Source of the DNA: Clostridiales bacterium
Lineage (GTDB): Bacteria; Bacillota; Clostridia; Christensenellales; UBA1242
Assembly: GCA_003524095.1 (NCBI GenBank)
Contig: DOEE01000003.1
Location: 89,171-153,170 of the forward strand
DNA: 64,000 nucleotides
Direction of reading: 5' to 3'
In this document: positions 9,984 through 19,334 of the stretch, piece by piece
How positions within the stretch are numbered: the stretch's first letter is position 1
Layout: each line of letters starts with the position of its first letter
Position numbers and translations under genes: made by a program
The notes under the pieces: generated by a model
What the model was told of the DNA's origin: nothing
Seen by the model: only the letters and a program-made list of their open reading frames with translations
Databases searched by the model: none

Positions 9984-11846
9984 ATGGATTTTGAAAAATT
10001 AGAAGAATTAAAGAAAAAATATTTAGACGAAGTTAATTTTAGAAAAAACATTGAAGGTGCTAATGTAAGTTACAAATACGACATTATGGTTTGTGGCGGA
10101 ACAGGTTGTCGTAGTTGCAAAAGCAAACGTGTTCAAGAAAAATTGACCGAAGTAATTTCCAGAAAGGGTTTGAGCAAAGATATTGCGGTTCATGGAGTTG
10201 GGTGTTTTGGACTTTGTGTTAATGGTCCGATTGTGCTAATTTATCCACAAGATGCAATGTATGTCAAAGTTACAGTTGACGATGTTGAAGAAATTGTAAG
10301 TAGTCTCGAACAAGGTCAGTTGGTTACAAGACTACTTCCCGAAGACAATGGACAAAAAGTTTACAAAAAGAACGATTTGCAATTTTGCAAAAAACAAAAA
10401 TATATTGCAAGAAATAATGCTGAATATATGAGTCTTGATAATATCTTGGGAGATTATATTGCTCTTGATGGATATTTAGCATTATACAAAGTATTAACTT
10501 CAATGACTCAAGACGAAGTTATTAATTTAATCAAAGAAAGCGGACTTCGTGGTCGTGGTGGTGCAGGATTTTCAACCGGTCAGAAATGGGAGTTTACAAA
10601 AGTCAATGACGCTCCACAAAAATATGTAATTTGTAATGCTGACGAGGGTGACCCCGGTGCTTTTATGGATAGAAGCATAATAGAAAGTAACCCGCATGCA
10701 ATCGTCGAAGCAATGGCTATTGCTGGCTATGCAATTGGTGCAAGCAAAGGCTACGTTTATTTGCGTGCAGAATATCCACTGGCTGGCGAAAGACTACAAG
10801 ATGCAATAAATGAAGCAAGCCGAATGGGGCTTTTGGGGAAAAATATTTTTGGAACAAAATTTAATTTTGATTTGGAAATTAAATTTGGTTCGGGAGCATT
10901 TGTTTGTGGCGAGGAAACGGCACTTATGCACAGTATTGAAGGAATGCGTGGAGAGCCAACCTTAAAGCCACCATATCCAGCCGAAAAAGGATTGTATGGT
11001 TGTCCTACTGTAATAAATAACGTTGAGACTTTGGCTAATGTGGCACAAATTATCAATAATGGTGCTTCGTGGTTTAACTCAATAGGAACAAATGATAGCA
11101 AAGGTACCAAAGTTTTTGCTTTGACTGGAAAGATAAAAAATTCCGGACTCATTGAACTACCTATGGGAACAACAATAAGAGAAATCATCTATGATATTGG
11201 TGGTGGCATTCCTAATGACAAAAAGTTTAAAGCGGTTCAAATGGGTGGGCCAAGTGGTGGCTGTATTCCTGCTGAATATTTGGATACCCCAATCGATTAC
11301 AAGAGTCTTAGCGAACTAGGTTCAATGATGGGTAGTGGGGGAATGATTGTTGTCGACGAAGATAGTTGTATGGTTGATTTGGCAAAATTCTTCTTGCAAT
11401 TTACAGTTGATGAGAGTTGTGGAAAATGTACACCATGTAGAATTGGAAACAAACGAATTTTGGAAATCTTGACAAAAATTACCGAAGGCAAAGCGACAAT
11501 GGAAGACTTAGACAAACTCGAAGAACTTTGCAAATATGTCAAAGATGACTCGCTTTGTGGACTCGGACAAACCAGTCCAAATCCAGTTTTAAGCACTCTT
11601 AGATATTTTAGAGATGAATATATTGAACATATTCAAAATCATAAATGTAGAGCGGGAGTTTGTAAGGCTTTAACAAGTTATGTAATCACTGACAAGTGTA
11701 TAGGTTGTAGTGCTTGTAGCAGAGCATGTCCAGTTGGTGCAATATCTGGTGAAATCAAAAAGAAATTTAGTATCGACCAAAACAAATGTATTAAATGTGG
11801 TAAGTGCTATAATACTTGTAGATTCGGTGCTATTTCAAAGGAGTAA
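9984..11846 (+). CDS. hydB: NuoF-like flavin/FeS subunit of [FeFe] hydrogenase
   Basis: GLRGRGGAGFSTG (FMN/NADH site), ESCGKCTPCR, and a C-terminal 2x[4Fe-4S] ferredoxin motif CIGCSACSRACP..CIKCGKC. Confidence 0.9.
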   Translation: MDFEKLEELKKKYLDEVNFRKNIEGANVSYKYDIMVCGGTGCRSCKSKRVQEKLTEVISRKGLSKDIAVHGVGCFGLCVNGPIVLIYPQDAMYVKVTVDDVEEIVSSLEQGQLVTRLLPEDNGQKVYKKNDLQFCKKQKYIARNNAEYMSLDNILGDYIALDGYLALYKVLTSMTQDEVINLIKESGLRGRGGAGFSTGQKWEFTKVNDAPQKYVICNADEGDPGAFMDRSIIESNPHAIVEAMAIAGYAIGASKGYVYLRAEYPLAGERLQDAINEASRMGLLGKNIFGTKFNFDLEIKFGSGAFVCGEETALMHSIEGMRGEPTLKPPYPAEKGLYGCPTVINNVETLANVAQIINNGASWFNSIGTNDSKGTKVFALTGKIKNSGLIELPMGTTIREIIYDIGGGIPNDKKFKAVQMGGPSGGCIPAEYLDTPIDYKSLSELGSMMGSGGMIVVDEDSCMVDLAKFFLQFTVDESCGKCTPCRIGNKRILEILTKITEGKATMEDLDKLEELCKYVKDDSLCGLGQTSPNPVLSTLRYFRDEYIEHIQNHKCRAGVCKALTSYVITDKCIGCSACSRACPVGAISGEIKKKFSIDQNKCIKCGKCYNTCRFGAISKE

Positions 11847-11848
11847 AT

Positions 11849-13540
11849 ATGAAAGTAAATTTAACTATAGACGGCATTCCTGTTGTTGCTGATTCTAATG
11901 ATACAATTTTGGAAGTTGCCAAAAAAGTCAAAATAGATATTCCAACACTTTGTTTTCTCAAAAATATTAATGAGCCTGCTAGTTGTAGAATTTGCGTTGT
12001 TGAAATCGAGGGTCTCAAAAAACTTATGACGAGTTGTACTACCAAAGTTAGAGAAGGCATGGTTGTCAAGACAAATTCAAGTAGGGTAATAAACGCTAGA
12101 AAAAAAGTTATGGAATTGCTTCTTAGCAACCACAACAAAAACTGTCTTAATTGTCCAAAAAATCTTAAGTGTTACTTTCAGTCTCTTTGTGAAAAATTTA
12201 GTGTGGATACTGAAAGATATGCGGGTGAGACATCATCTAATACTATTGATGACTCAAATCATGCAATTGTTAGAGATGACAGTAAGTGTATACTTTGTGG
12301 CAAATGCATATCTGTTTGTGCCAAAAGACAGGGGTGTAGTGCAATAACTAAGATTAATCGTGGATTTGCAACTAAGATAGGAACGGCTTTCGATAGACCA
12401 TTGCAAGAGAGTCCTTGTGTAGGTTGTGGACAGTGTGTCTTGGTTTGTCCTACAGGCGCTCTTACTCAAAAAACTGAGATTCATGAAGTGCTAGATTTAC
12501 TAGACGAAAAAGATGTAATCAAAGTTGCTCAAGTAGCACCTGCAGTAAGGGTTGCAATTGGCGAAGAGTTCGGTGAAAAAATAGGTTCGTTTGCCGAAGG
12601 AAAAATGGTGTCGGCACTCAAAGCAATTGGTTTTGATTATGTCTTTGATGTTAATATGGGTGCGGACTTTACTGTTGTGGAAGAAGCAAACGAATTGATT
12701 GAAAAATTGACATCGGGCAAAGGTCTTCCTTTGTTTACGAGTTGTTGCCCAGCATGGTTTAATTATTGTGAAAAGTTTTATCCAGACTATGTCAAAAATT
12801 TGTCGACATCTAAATCTCCAAATGAAATGCTTGGAAGTTTGGTTAAGTACTTTTTTGAATCACAAGGCAAAAAAGTTAAAATTGTATCCATTATGCCTTG
12901 TACTGCCAAAAAGCGAGAAATCCTTGCAAGGGGAACAATAGACAAGAGTTTGACCACAAGAGAACTTGCACAATTAATTAGACTCAAGAGTATTAATTTT
13001 GAAAGACTCGATGATTCCAAGTTCGATGATCCATTTGGGGAGTATACTGGTGCAGGTCTTATATTTGGTGTAACTGGTGGTGTAACTGAAGCTGCCCTTA
13101 GATATGCAACGTACAAACTCACTGGCAAAAAACAAGATATAATCGAAAGTGTTAGATATAGCGATGGAGTTAAGGAAGTTACTGTTAATCTTGGCGACAA
13201 AAAATTAAATCTTGCAATTGTTCATGGACTCTCCAATGCTCCAAAGGTTATGGATGCACTTCAAAGTGGCGACAAAAAATATGACTTTGTAGAAGTTATG
13301 GCATGCCCAGGTGGTTGTGTTAATGGCGGTGGTCAGCCTTTTGTTGATTATAACTTACACGACGTTAATGAAGTTATACTCAAACGTAGTCAAAGCATTT
13401 ATAATGCTGATGGAAATATGAAGTTCAAAAGCACCGAAGACAACAAAGGTGTTAAGAAAATCTATAAAGATGTTTTGCATGATGACAAAGCACTTATTCA
13501 TGAACTTTTGCATTATGAACATGACAAAAATATTTATTAA
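11849..13540 (+). CDS. hydA: [FeFe] hydrogenase catalytic subunit
   Basis: N-terminal 2Fe-2S ferredoxin fold. H-cluster motifs TSCCPAW, MPCTAKK and ACPGGCVNGGGQP. Confidence 0.92.
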   Translation: MKVNLTIDGIPVVADSNDTILEVAKKVKIDIPTLCFLKNINEPASCRICVVEIEGLKKLMTSCTTKVREGMVVKTNSSRVINARKKVMELLLSNHNKNCLNCPKNLKCYFQSLCEKFSVDTERYAGETSSNTIDDSNHAIVRDDSKCILCGKCISVCAKRQGCSAITKINRGFATKIGTAFDRPLQESPCVGCGQCVLVCPTGALTQKTEIHEVLDLLDEKDVIKVAQVAPAVRVAIGEEFGEKIGSFAEGKMVSALKAIGFDYVFDVNMGADFTVVEEANELIEKLTSGKGLPLFTSCCPAWFNYCEKFYPDYVKNLSTSKSPNEMLGSLVKYFFESQGKKVKIVSIMPCTAKKREILARGTIDKSLTTRELAQLIRLKSINFERLDDSKFDDPFGEYTGAGLIFGVTGGVTEAALRYATYKLTGKKQDIIESVRYSDGVKEVTVNLGDKKLNLAIVHGLSNAPKVMDALQSGDKKYDFVEVMACPGGCVNGGGQPFVDYNLHDVNEVILKRSQSIYNADGNMKFKSTEDNKGVKKIYKDVLHDDKALIHELLHYEHDKNIY

Positions 13541-13558
13541 AAATATGGAGAGAAAATA

Positions 13559-13933
13559 ATGGAATTTTTTATATGTAAAAAATGCGGAAATATTTTGGCA
13601 TTTGCCGAAAACAAAGGCGAGAATGTATTTTGTTGCGAACAAAAATTAGAGAGAATTGTTCCAAATAGCACTGACGCATCTCAAGAAAAGCACTTGCCAG
13701 TATTTAGTCTTCACGATAATATTGTTGATGTAAGGGTTGGGAGTGTTGCTCATCCAATGCTTGTTGAACATAATATTTCGTGGGTAGCAATTGAAACCAA
13801 ACAAGGAAATCAACGAAAACTTTTGCCAATAGATGGTGAACCGTGTGTAAGTTTTGCACTCGTGCCGGGAGACGAAATCAAAACCATTTATGCATATTGT
13901 AATTTGCATGGATTATGGAAATTAGAAGTATAG
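13559..13933 (+). CDS. dfx: desulfoferrodoxin (superoxide reductase)
   Basis: N-terminal desulforedoxin site CKKCGN...CC. Centre II ligands appear in EKHLP, HPMLVEH and CNLHG. 124 aa. Confidence 0.88.
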   Translation: MEFFICKKCGNILAFAENKGENVFCCEQKLERIVPNSTDASQEKHLPVFSLHDNIVDVRVGSVAHPMLVEHNISWVAIETKQGNQRKLLPIDGEPCVSFALVPGDEIKTIYAYCNLHGLWKLEV

Positions 13934-13956
13934 AAAAAAATTAATTATTTGTAATA

Positions 13957-13990
13957 AAAAGTCAAAAGTTGTTAACAATCTTTGACTTTT
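13957..13990 (+). terminator. candidate terminator after dfx
   Basis: Stem AAAAGTCAAA/TTTGACTTTT with only a short T-run. Confidence 0.45.
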
Positions 13991-14030
13991 GTGCTAAAAT
14001 ATATTTGATAAAACATAAGGAGATGATATC

Positions 14031-14462
14031 ATGGCAGAAACAAAAAAGACAACAACCAAAAAGACCACTAAGCCAGCAACTACAAAATCATCAAAGACTA
14101 CAACTACAAAATCAACTAGTGCAAAGTCTACAACTTCGTCTACCACTCAAAAATCGACACAGTCGTCAAACAAAACTAGTAGACGTTCGGGCGGCATCAA
14201 AACTTGGGGACTAAACAAAATTAGTTTTTGGTGTATTGGTGCTATGGCAATATTCTACTTGATTGCAAGCATTCTTTCGCTTTGTGGGGTAACTTCCAAA
14301 GTTATTCCTGCTTTGCAAGGAATTGCAACAGCCTTGGCAATTTGTATTGTGGCATATGTCGCTTGGCGTTATGTAAAACCAAAACAAACTGTTTGGAAAG
14401 TGCTTTATTTTGTATTACTTTTAGTAGTTATTTTGGGCATTATTATTCCACTTGTGAAATAA
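14031..14462 (+). CDS. hypothetical membrane protein with a Thr/Ser/Lys-rich N-terminus
   Basis: SD AAGGAG lies upstream. A low-complexity TTKKTTKPATTKSSK region is followed by 3 predicted TM helices. Confidence 0.6.
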   Translation: MAETKKTTTKKTTKPATTKSSKTTTTKSTSAKSTTSSTTQKSTQSSNKTSRRSGGIKTWGLNKISFWCIGAMAIFYLIASILSLCGVTSKVIPALQGIATALAICIVAYVAWRYVKPKQTVWKVLYFVLLLVVILGIIIPLVK

Positions 14463-14470
14463 TACAATTA

Positions 14471-14514
14471 CTCCATATATGTTTGATTACTATCAAACGA
14501 TATGGAGTTTTTTT
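14471..14514 (+). terminator. rho-independent terminator
   Basis: Long interrupted hairpin CTCCATA...TATGGAG with inner stem GTTTGAT/ATCAAAC, then T7. Confidence 0.8.
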
Positions 14515-15115
14515 GTTGCATGCAAAGATAAATAATGAGATTTATTTGAACAATTCGAATACAGTGTATCATAAGAAAGCAGACAATATTTTCAAGTTGT
14601 AATTTCAAACTCAAGTCGTGTTTTTAAAAAATTTTGTGAGTCTGTTAATTTCTATTTCTTAAATTATACTGTGCGTTTTTGAAAAAAACAGTAAAAACAC
14701 GTATTGAAAATGAGTATAGTGAATTGAGTGCGGATAATCCTACAATTTAGCATTATATTCATTATATTGCATGGGTGTGGAATATGATTGATGTTTGGCT
14801 AAAATAAGTCATTATGCAAAAAATAAAACATATTGAAAATAACTTGGAACTATTCATACCTAATATTTTACACAAAACAAGCAAAATAAGTTGACAAGGA
14901 GTTGTTATGTTTGAGACAATTTTAGCAAGTAAGCAAGTCCTACATGTTGTAAATTTGCATCGGGGCGAATACAACAAGATTTTAATCTCGGTACATAGGT
15001 TTTATGTATAGTGATATGCTTTACTCTTATAACAAATAAAACTTTATGTTTTAGTCAATGAAAAATCCGTCCACAAAATCTCACCATAGAAAAAGTTAAG
15101 AGGAGGCAAGCCACA

Positions 15116-16174
15116 ATGAAAAAATGTTTTGAAAGAATTAACATGGTATTAATAATAATTACCATGGTTCTAGTTCTTACTATTTTTGGCAATACAGCAA
15201 TGAAAATACAAGGCTCTGCTAATGCTGGAAACAAAACAGTTGCAAATGCCCAAAGCGTCTTGTCTACAAATGAGACAAAAACGACGCAGATAGCACTTGG
15301 GGAATACATAAGCCTTGGGAGATATAATGACAAAAACATTGTTTGGAGATGCGTGAGTATTGACGAAAAAGGCTATCTTATGCTTGCCGATAACATACTA
15401 GATAATCTTCCATATGATGCTAAGACTAGCGATAATAGTCGTTCAAAATCTCATAGTCGCAATTACAAGCGTGATAAATACGGCTCTAACTATTGGAAAG
15501 ATAGTAATATGCGCTCATGGCTAAATTCTACTGCGACAACTGGTGAAGTAAAGTGGTTGTGTGGAAATCCGCCAAAAGCTGAGTATGTTGACGGTAATGC
15601 TTATGATGGAAAGGCCGGCTTTTTGAATGACTTTTCAAAAGACGAAATTGCAACTATGAAGACTGTTACTCAACGTTCACTTGTATCTCATCCGGAATAC
15701 AAACAAGGAATTTATGATGGTGACGGTCGTTCCGATTTAGAATTAAATTATGATATTCAAAATGTTGCTAGCAATTTTGAAAGTGCATACGGCGAAAATT
15801 CAACCGAAAAAGTCTTTCTTCTCGACGTTAAGCAAGTTAATGCTGTTTGGAAAAATTTTAATAGTTATTATATAGGAAGAAACGAACAAGGAATGGAATG
15901 GCCATATTGGCTTAGAACACCTGTATCCAATTGTAACCATGATATGCGTTACGTTCACAATAATGGAACTATAGGTAGAGAGTCTCCACTACGTGATTAT
16001 ATAGGAGTTAGACCTGCGTTTTATCTTGATACTGACTATTATGTGATAACATCAGGCAATGGAACTTCGTCCAATCCATATTTCGGCTCAGTTCCTGACA
16101 AGGTGGAGAGTGATTATACCGTTGCCGAGCCAGAAGATGACCCAAATCAGGAATGGGATATAAATATCGAATAA
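15116..16174 (+). CDS. DUF6273-like secreted domain protein; probably the N-terminal fragment of a disrupted larger gene
   Basis: Strong SD AGAGGAGG. Signal-anchor helix. YWLRTP-type motif recalled from DUF6273. It ends at TAA 16172-16174, and the same frame stays open into the next ORF. Confidence 0.6.
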   Translation: MKKCFERINMVLIIITMVLVLTIFGNTAMKIQGSANAGNKTVANAQSVLSTNETKTTQIALGEYISLGRYNDKNIVWRCVSIDEKGYLMLADNILDNLPYDAKTSDNSRSKSHSRNYKRDKYGSNYWKDSNMRSWLNSTATTGEVKWLCGNPPKAEYVDGNAYDGKAGFLNDFSKDEIATMKTVTQRSLVSHPEYKQGIYDGDGRSDLELNYDIQNVASNFESAYGENSTEKVFLLDVKQVNAVWKNFNSYYIGRNEQGMEWPYWLRTPVSNCNHDMRYVHNNGTIGRESPLRDYIGVRPAFYLDTDYYVITSGNGTSSNPYFGSVPDKVESDYTVAEPEDDPNQEWDINIE

Positions 16175-17294
16175 AAACTTGAGATTACCCTTGGCTCATA
16201 TTACTCAAACGACGGAAAATATACAAATCCGACAATTCCCGTATATACTATTCAAAAGACAAGAAGCGATACCGAGAATATGGTTATTGTGTTTTGTGGC
16301 GAAGGGTATACAAAAAGTCAGCAACAAAAGTATATAAACGACGTCAAAAAGGTTTGGAAGGGTGCTATGCAGTACGAGCCATATCGTAGTTATGCCGACC
16401 GCTTTAATGTTTATGCACTTTGCACGGCATCTGAGTCAAGTTTTGAAAATGGTGGTAGTACGTTTTTTGACGTAGTTGTAAGTGATAAGAATTCATCATT
16501 GATATCGACAAATATGGGAAATCCATGGAAAAATCATATGTTTGAAAGATGCATAGGCCCGAACTTTATCGAACAAATACACGACGCACATATTCCTAAC
16601 AACACCGAACCGGACGTATTCAAGTGGGACGACGACAAGCAATATCCTCCATTTTATTACGTTCATGATTATATCAACCAGTTTGCTTTACTCGTTAATA
16701 CTACCCGTAATTTTGGTGACGCATATACAAATCTTGCGTACGGCTTTCATTATTTCATAACACCGTCCGACAGCGACCGTGCTGAAAAGACTTTTACACA
16801 CGAACTCGGACACGGCTTGTTAGGTCTTGGCGATGAGTATATGTCAAGTACTACTCAGAAAACAGTTCTTACGTCATTAAACGTGGCGCACACTCACAAT
16901 CCCGAACAAGTAAAGTGGAAACAGTTTAGGTTTTAGGAAGACTTATACGTGTAATGCGCTAGGCTATGGCAATGCATACAACTCAAGTTTTGAGTGTCTT
17001 ATGCGTGATACAAATTACCCGTTATGCGAGGTTTGCAAGTTGCAAGGTTATAAGAGAATGTCTCAGCTTGTAAGCGGAAAAAGCCTTTATGTTGCCGACC
17101 TCGAAGTTAAGAAATATACAGGGCAATATTCAACATACTCAGAGTTTGAAGACACAACTTATACAGGATATTATAATTTTGCAAATTTAGTTGCAGGAAT
17201 GGGCGGATTTGCAATTTTTTGGTTTGCAGTAAAGAAAAAGACCTTCGTAGATTTGGGTGCTTCAATCAAAGCAATATTTACAAAAAAGAAATAA
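16175..17294 (+). pseudogene. M64 (IgA-peptidase-like) metallopeptidase, disrupted by an in-frame stop and one frameshift
   Basis: MVIVFCGEGYT and HELGHGLLGLGDEY are M64-type motifs. The frame is continuous with 15116-16174 across the TAA, with no other stop in 16175-16279. There is no SD before ATG 16280. A frame change near 16915-16940 joins ..VKWKQF to LGFRKTYTCNALGYG..CLMRD..PLCEVC (17001-17294 ORF), which ends in a hydrophobic anchor. Confidence 0.65.
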
Positions 17295-17436
17295 TATAAA
17301 CTAAATAAGACTTAATTTTAGCGCAAGGAAAAAATTTGTGTCATGTAATCAAATACGGGGCAAAACGGTATCTTTATTGTGTGTTTTTTCCATAATTTGC
17401 TACAATGCACATCGTCAAGAATTAGTACATGTCCAA

Positions 17437-18231
17437 CTATTCTACCATTAATGTTTCCATAAAGTCGGATTCGGAGAATAGATTAAACAAATTGTCTTCT
17501 TTGAGTTTTTCTATGCTTTTTTCGTTTAACAACAACTCATCAGATAGATTTATAAATTTGTTATTCCAAGGTTGAACTTCTTTGTCAATTAAACTTCTGC
17601 TATATATTTTTGGTTTTCCGAATTTAATCAAAAAACTATTCTCTTGTGCGTTATCATAACTTTCTTCAAGTTGCATGGTTCGTTTGTAAATACTAAGTGC
17701 ATGGTAGTTCCAAGTTTCATACGTAAAAAGCCTAAAATTCTTTTTGTGGTAAGATTTGGCTATATCCAAAATTTTGAGTAACATTTGAGTACCAATACCA
17801 TTATTTCTGTACCTTGCATCCACGCCAAACCAGTTTATCCATATGTCGTCAGGATATTCTTTTAATTCATACAAACCAATTATTCCCACAGGATAATTGT
17901 TAAGATAAACCAAAAAGTTTATTGGCAAAACTTTGTTTTTGTATCTATCCTTTGTTTCAAGTTCTTTTAGATAATCGCAATAGCCGACGTTATTCATTGC
18001 ATAAAAAATATTAAATTGCAATCTTGCAGCATCTATGACGTTTTTCTTGTTTATCTCGACATATTGTAGAGAGTATCTGTTGTTTTTGTTAACATGGTCT
18101 TTCAAAAATAAATTTTTGTTATCCCATGGAACAATTTCCTTTTGAAGCAAAGATAGTGAAAAAATAACTAGATTTCCGACAAGATATCCAATGTATTTTT
18201 CTTTGGTGTAGTACTCTTTGAACATCTGCAT
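17437..18231 (-). CDS. GNAT family N-acetyltransferase (start uncertain)
   Basis: Acetyl-CoA motif region VGIIGLYEL...WFGVDARYRNNGIGTQMLLKILDIAKS. The ORF-track start at 18420 overlaps the divergent lipoprotein gene. Internal ATGs at 18231 and 18225 were chosen although neither has a clear SD. Confidence 0.6.
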   Translation of the reverse strand: MQMFKEYYTKEKYIGYLVGNLVIFSLSLLQKEIVPWDNKNLFLKDHVNKNNRYSLQYVEINKKNVIDAARLQFNIFYAMNNVGYCDYLKELETKDRYKNKVLPINFLVYLNNYPVGIIGLYELKEYPDDIWINWFGVDARYRNNGIGTQMLLKILDIAKSYHKKNFRLFTYETWNYHALSIYKRTMQLEESYDNAQENSFLIKFGKPKIYSRSLIDKEVQPWNNKFINLSDELLLNEKSIEKLKEDNLFNLFSESDFMETLMVE

Positions 18232-18367
18232 TTTTGTATAAAATTTTGTGGCAACAAAATCATATTTGTCATCTGCAACAATAACACTTGGCGCAAAGGC
18301 TATTTTGGTTTTTAAGAAATAATAAAAAGCATAGATTGATAAATTATGGTTATATAAAGGTGAAAAT

Positions 18368-19009
18368 ATGAAAACAAAACACAAAATTTTTAGTTTAATA
18401 ATGGCTGTATTGCTAATCATTCCAGCAATGTTTTTCTTAACTGCTTGTGGTGATAATGGGAATAATCATTCGGGTGGAAATCTAAATTTGCATGATAGTT
18501 CCAAATGGTTTACAGAAACTGAGTTGTCTGCAGTTGGACTATCTAATTTAACAGCACCAACTGGTCTTAATGGAACAATCTCTTCTAGTAGTGATTCTGG
18601 GTTTAATGATGGTTACTCATTTTCGCAACCTTGCGACAATGTCGACCTATTGGAACAAAATGCAGAAATTTATTTAAACTATTTCAAAACCAACTATGAT
18701 GGATATTTTGGACATATTTCTGACAATCACGGTGTAGTGTATGGCGAATACGAAACATGGTATGTCTTGGAACAAAGTAACAATTTAAGTGATTATTTTG
18801 GTAATAATCCAAGTAAACTTTATAAATTTTACTATGTTACAAACCATGATACAGACGAACGAGGATACTTTGTTAGAAATTCGGTTTACACCCTTGAAAT
18901 TAGATATGAATTTAACGCATCAACGAACCAATATTTGTTTAAACTATTTATAGAAAAAGCAGATACATCACCTAATGGAATATTTTCATATTACTATAAA
19001 ATGAAATAA
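18368..19009 (+). CDS. hypothetical lipoprotein
   Basis: SD AAGGTGA. Signal peptide with lipobox FLTAC (Cys27). Confidence 0.65.
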   Translation: MKTKHKIFSLIMAVLLIIPAMFFLTACGDNGNNHSGGNLNLHDSSKWFTETELSAVGLSNLTAPTGLNGTISSSSDSGFNDGYSFSQPCDNVDLLEQNAEIYLNYFKTNYDGYFGHISDNHGVVYGEYETWYVLEQSNNLSDYFGNNPSKLYKFYYVTNHDTDERGYFVRNSVYTLEIRYEFNASTNQYLFKLFIEKADTSPNGIFSYYYKMK

Positions 19010-19041
19010 ATTTAATAAAATACAATTCAAATGTATATAAA

Positions 19042-19090
19042 ATGAGAGCAAGACTAACTCCGTAGAGTTAAATACCGCTCTCATTTTTTT
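19042..19090 (+). terminator. rho-independent terminator
   Basis: Outer stem ATGAGAGC/GCTCTCAT with inner stem AACTC/GAGTT, followed by T7. Confidence 0.75.
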
Positions 19091-19169
19091 GACTAAAACA
19101 ACATTATAAAAAAATTCAATAGAATTTTAGATATTATATATTCAAAAATTATTAGATTAAACTATGAGA

Positions 19170-19294
19170 GAACGGAGTGAACGGTAATTCTCGGGTGGCA
19201 GTTGAAAACTGACGAGTACCCGAGTACAAAGGGGTTCCCCTGGGTTCTAGCAAACAAAGTTTGCTAAGCAAGTAAAACTTGCAAAATTCCGTTC
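19170..19294. ncRNA. candidate structured small RNA / hairpin-module cluster (unknown class, strand unresolved)
   Basis: 7-bp closing helix GAACGGA (19170-76) / TCCGTTC (19288-94) encloses four helices. They are CTCGGGT/ACCCGAG (with inner CAGTT-gaa-AACTG), GGGG-tt-CCCC, TAGCAAAC-aaa-GTTTGCTA and GCAAGT-aaa-ACTTGC. No ORF. Confidence 0.3.
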
Positions 19295-19304
19295 AAGCAA
19301 AATA

Positions 19305-19330
19305 AAAAACAGCGGGTTTGGCGCTGTTTT
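19305..19330 (-). terminator. terminator of tRNA-Ser
   Basis: On the minus strand: AAAACAGCG-ccaaacc-CGCTGTTTT followed by TTATTTT, immediately 3' of the tRNA. Confidence 0.8.
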
Positions 19331-19334
19331 GGAT

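Noticed and set aside
14228-14602. The 124-aa ORF, and the 13969-14214 ORF, overlapping the 14031-14462 gene in other frames.
   Set aside because: They are alternative-frame shadows. Only the 14031 frame has an SD and coherent TM helices, and the 14228 ORF runs through the terminator.
16172-16174. The in-frame TAA as evidence for stop-codon reassignment or an alternative genetic code.
   Set aside because: TAA, TAG and TGA all terminate well-supported genes in the window. RF2 with a UGA-dependent frameshift site is present. A second lesion (a frameshift) in the same gene favours pseudogenisation or assembly error.
17437-18420. The full 327-aa ORF as the GNAT gene.
   Set aside because: The first ~63 codons overlap the start and promoter region of the divergent lipoprotein gene and encode an implausible hydrophobic, low-complexity segment. 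The gene was shortened to 18231, although the true start remains uncertain.
19208-19214. CTGACGA matches the hammerhead CUGANGA core.
   Set aside because: No correctly placed GAAA, stem III or cleavage-site arrangement could be built. The putative stem II (GUAC-ccga-GUAC) is followed by AAA rather than GAA, and the motif competes with the better CTCGGGT/ACCCGAG helix.
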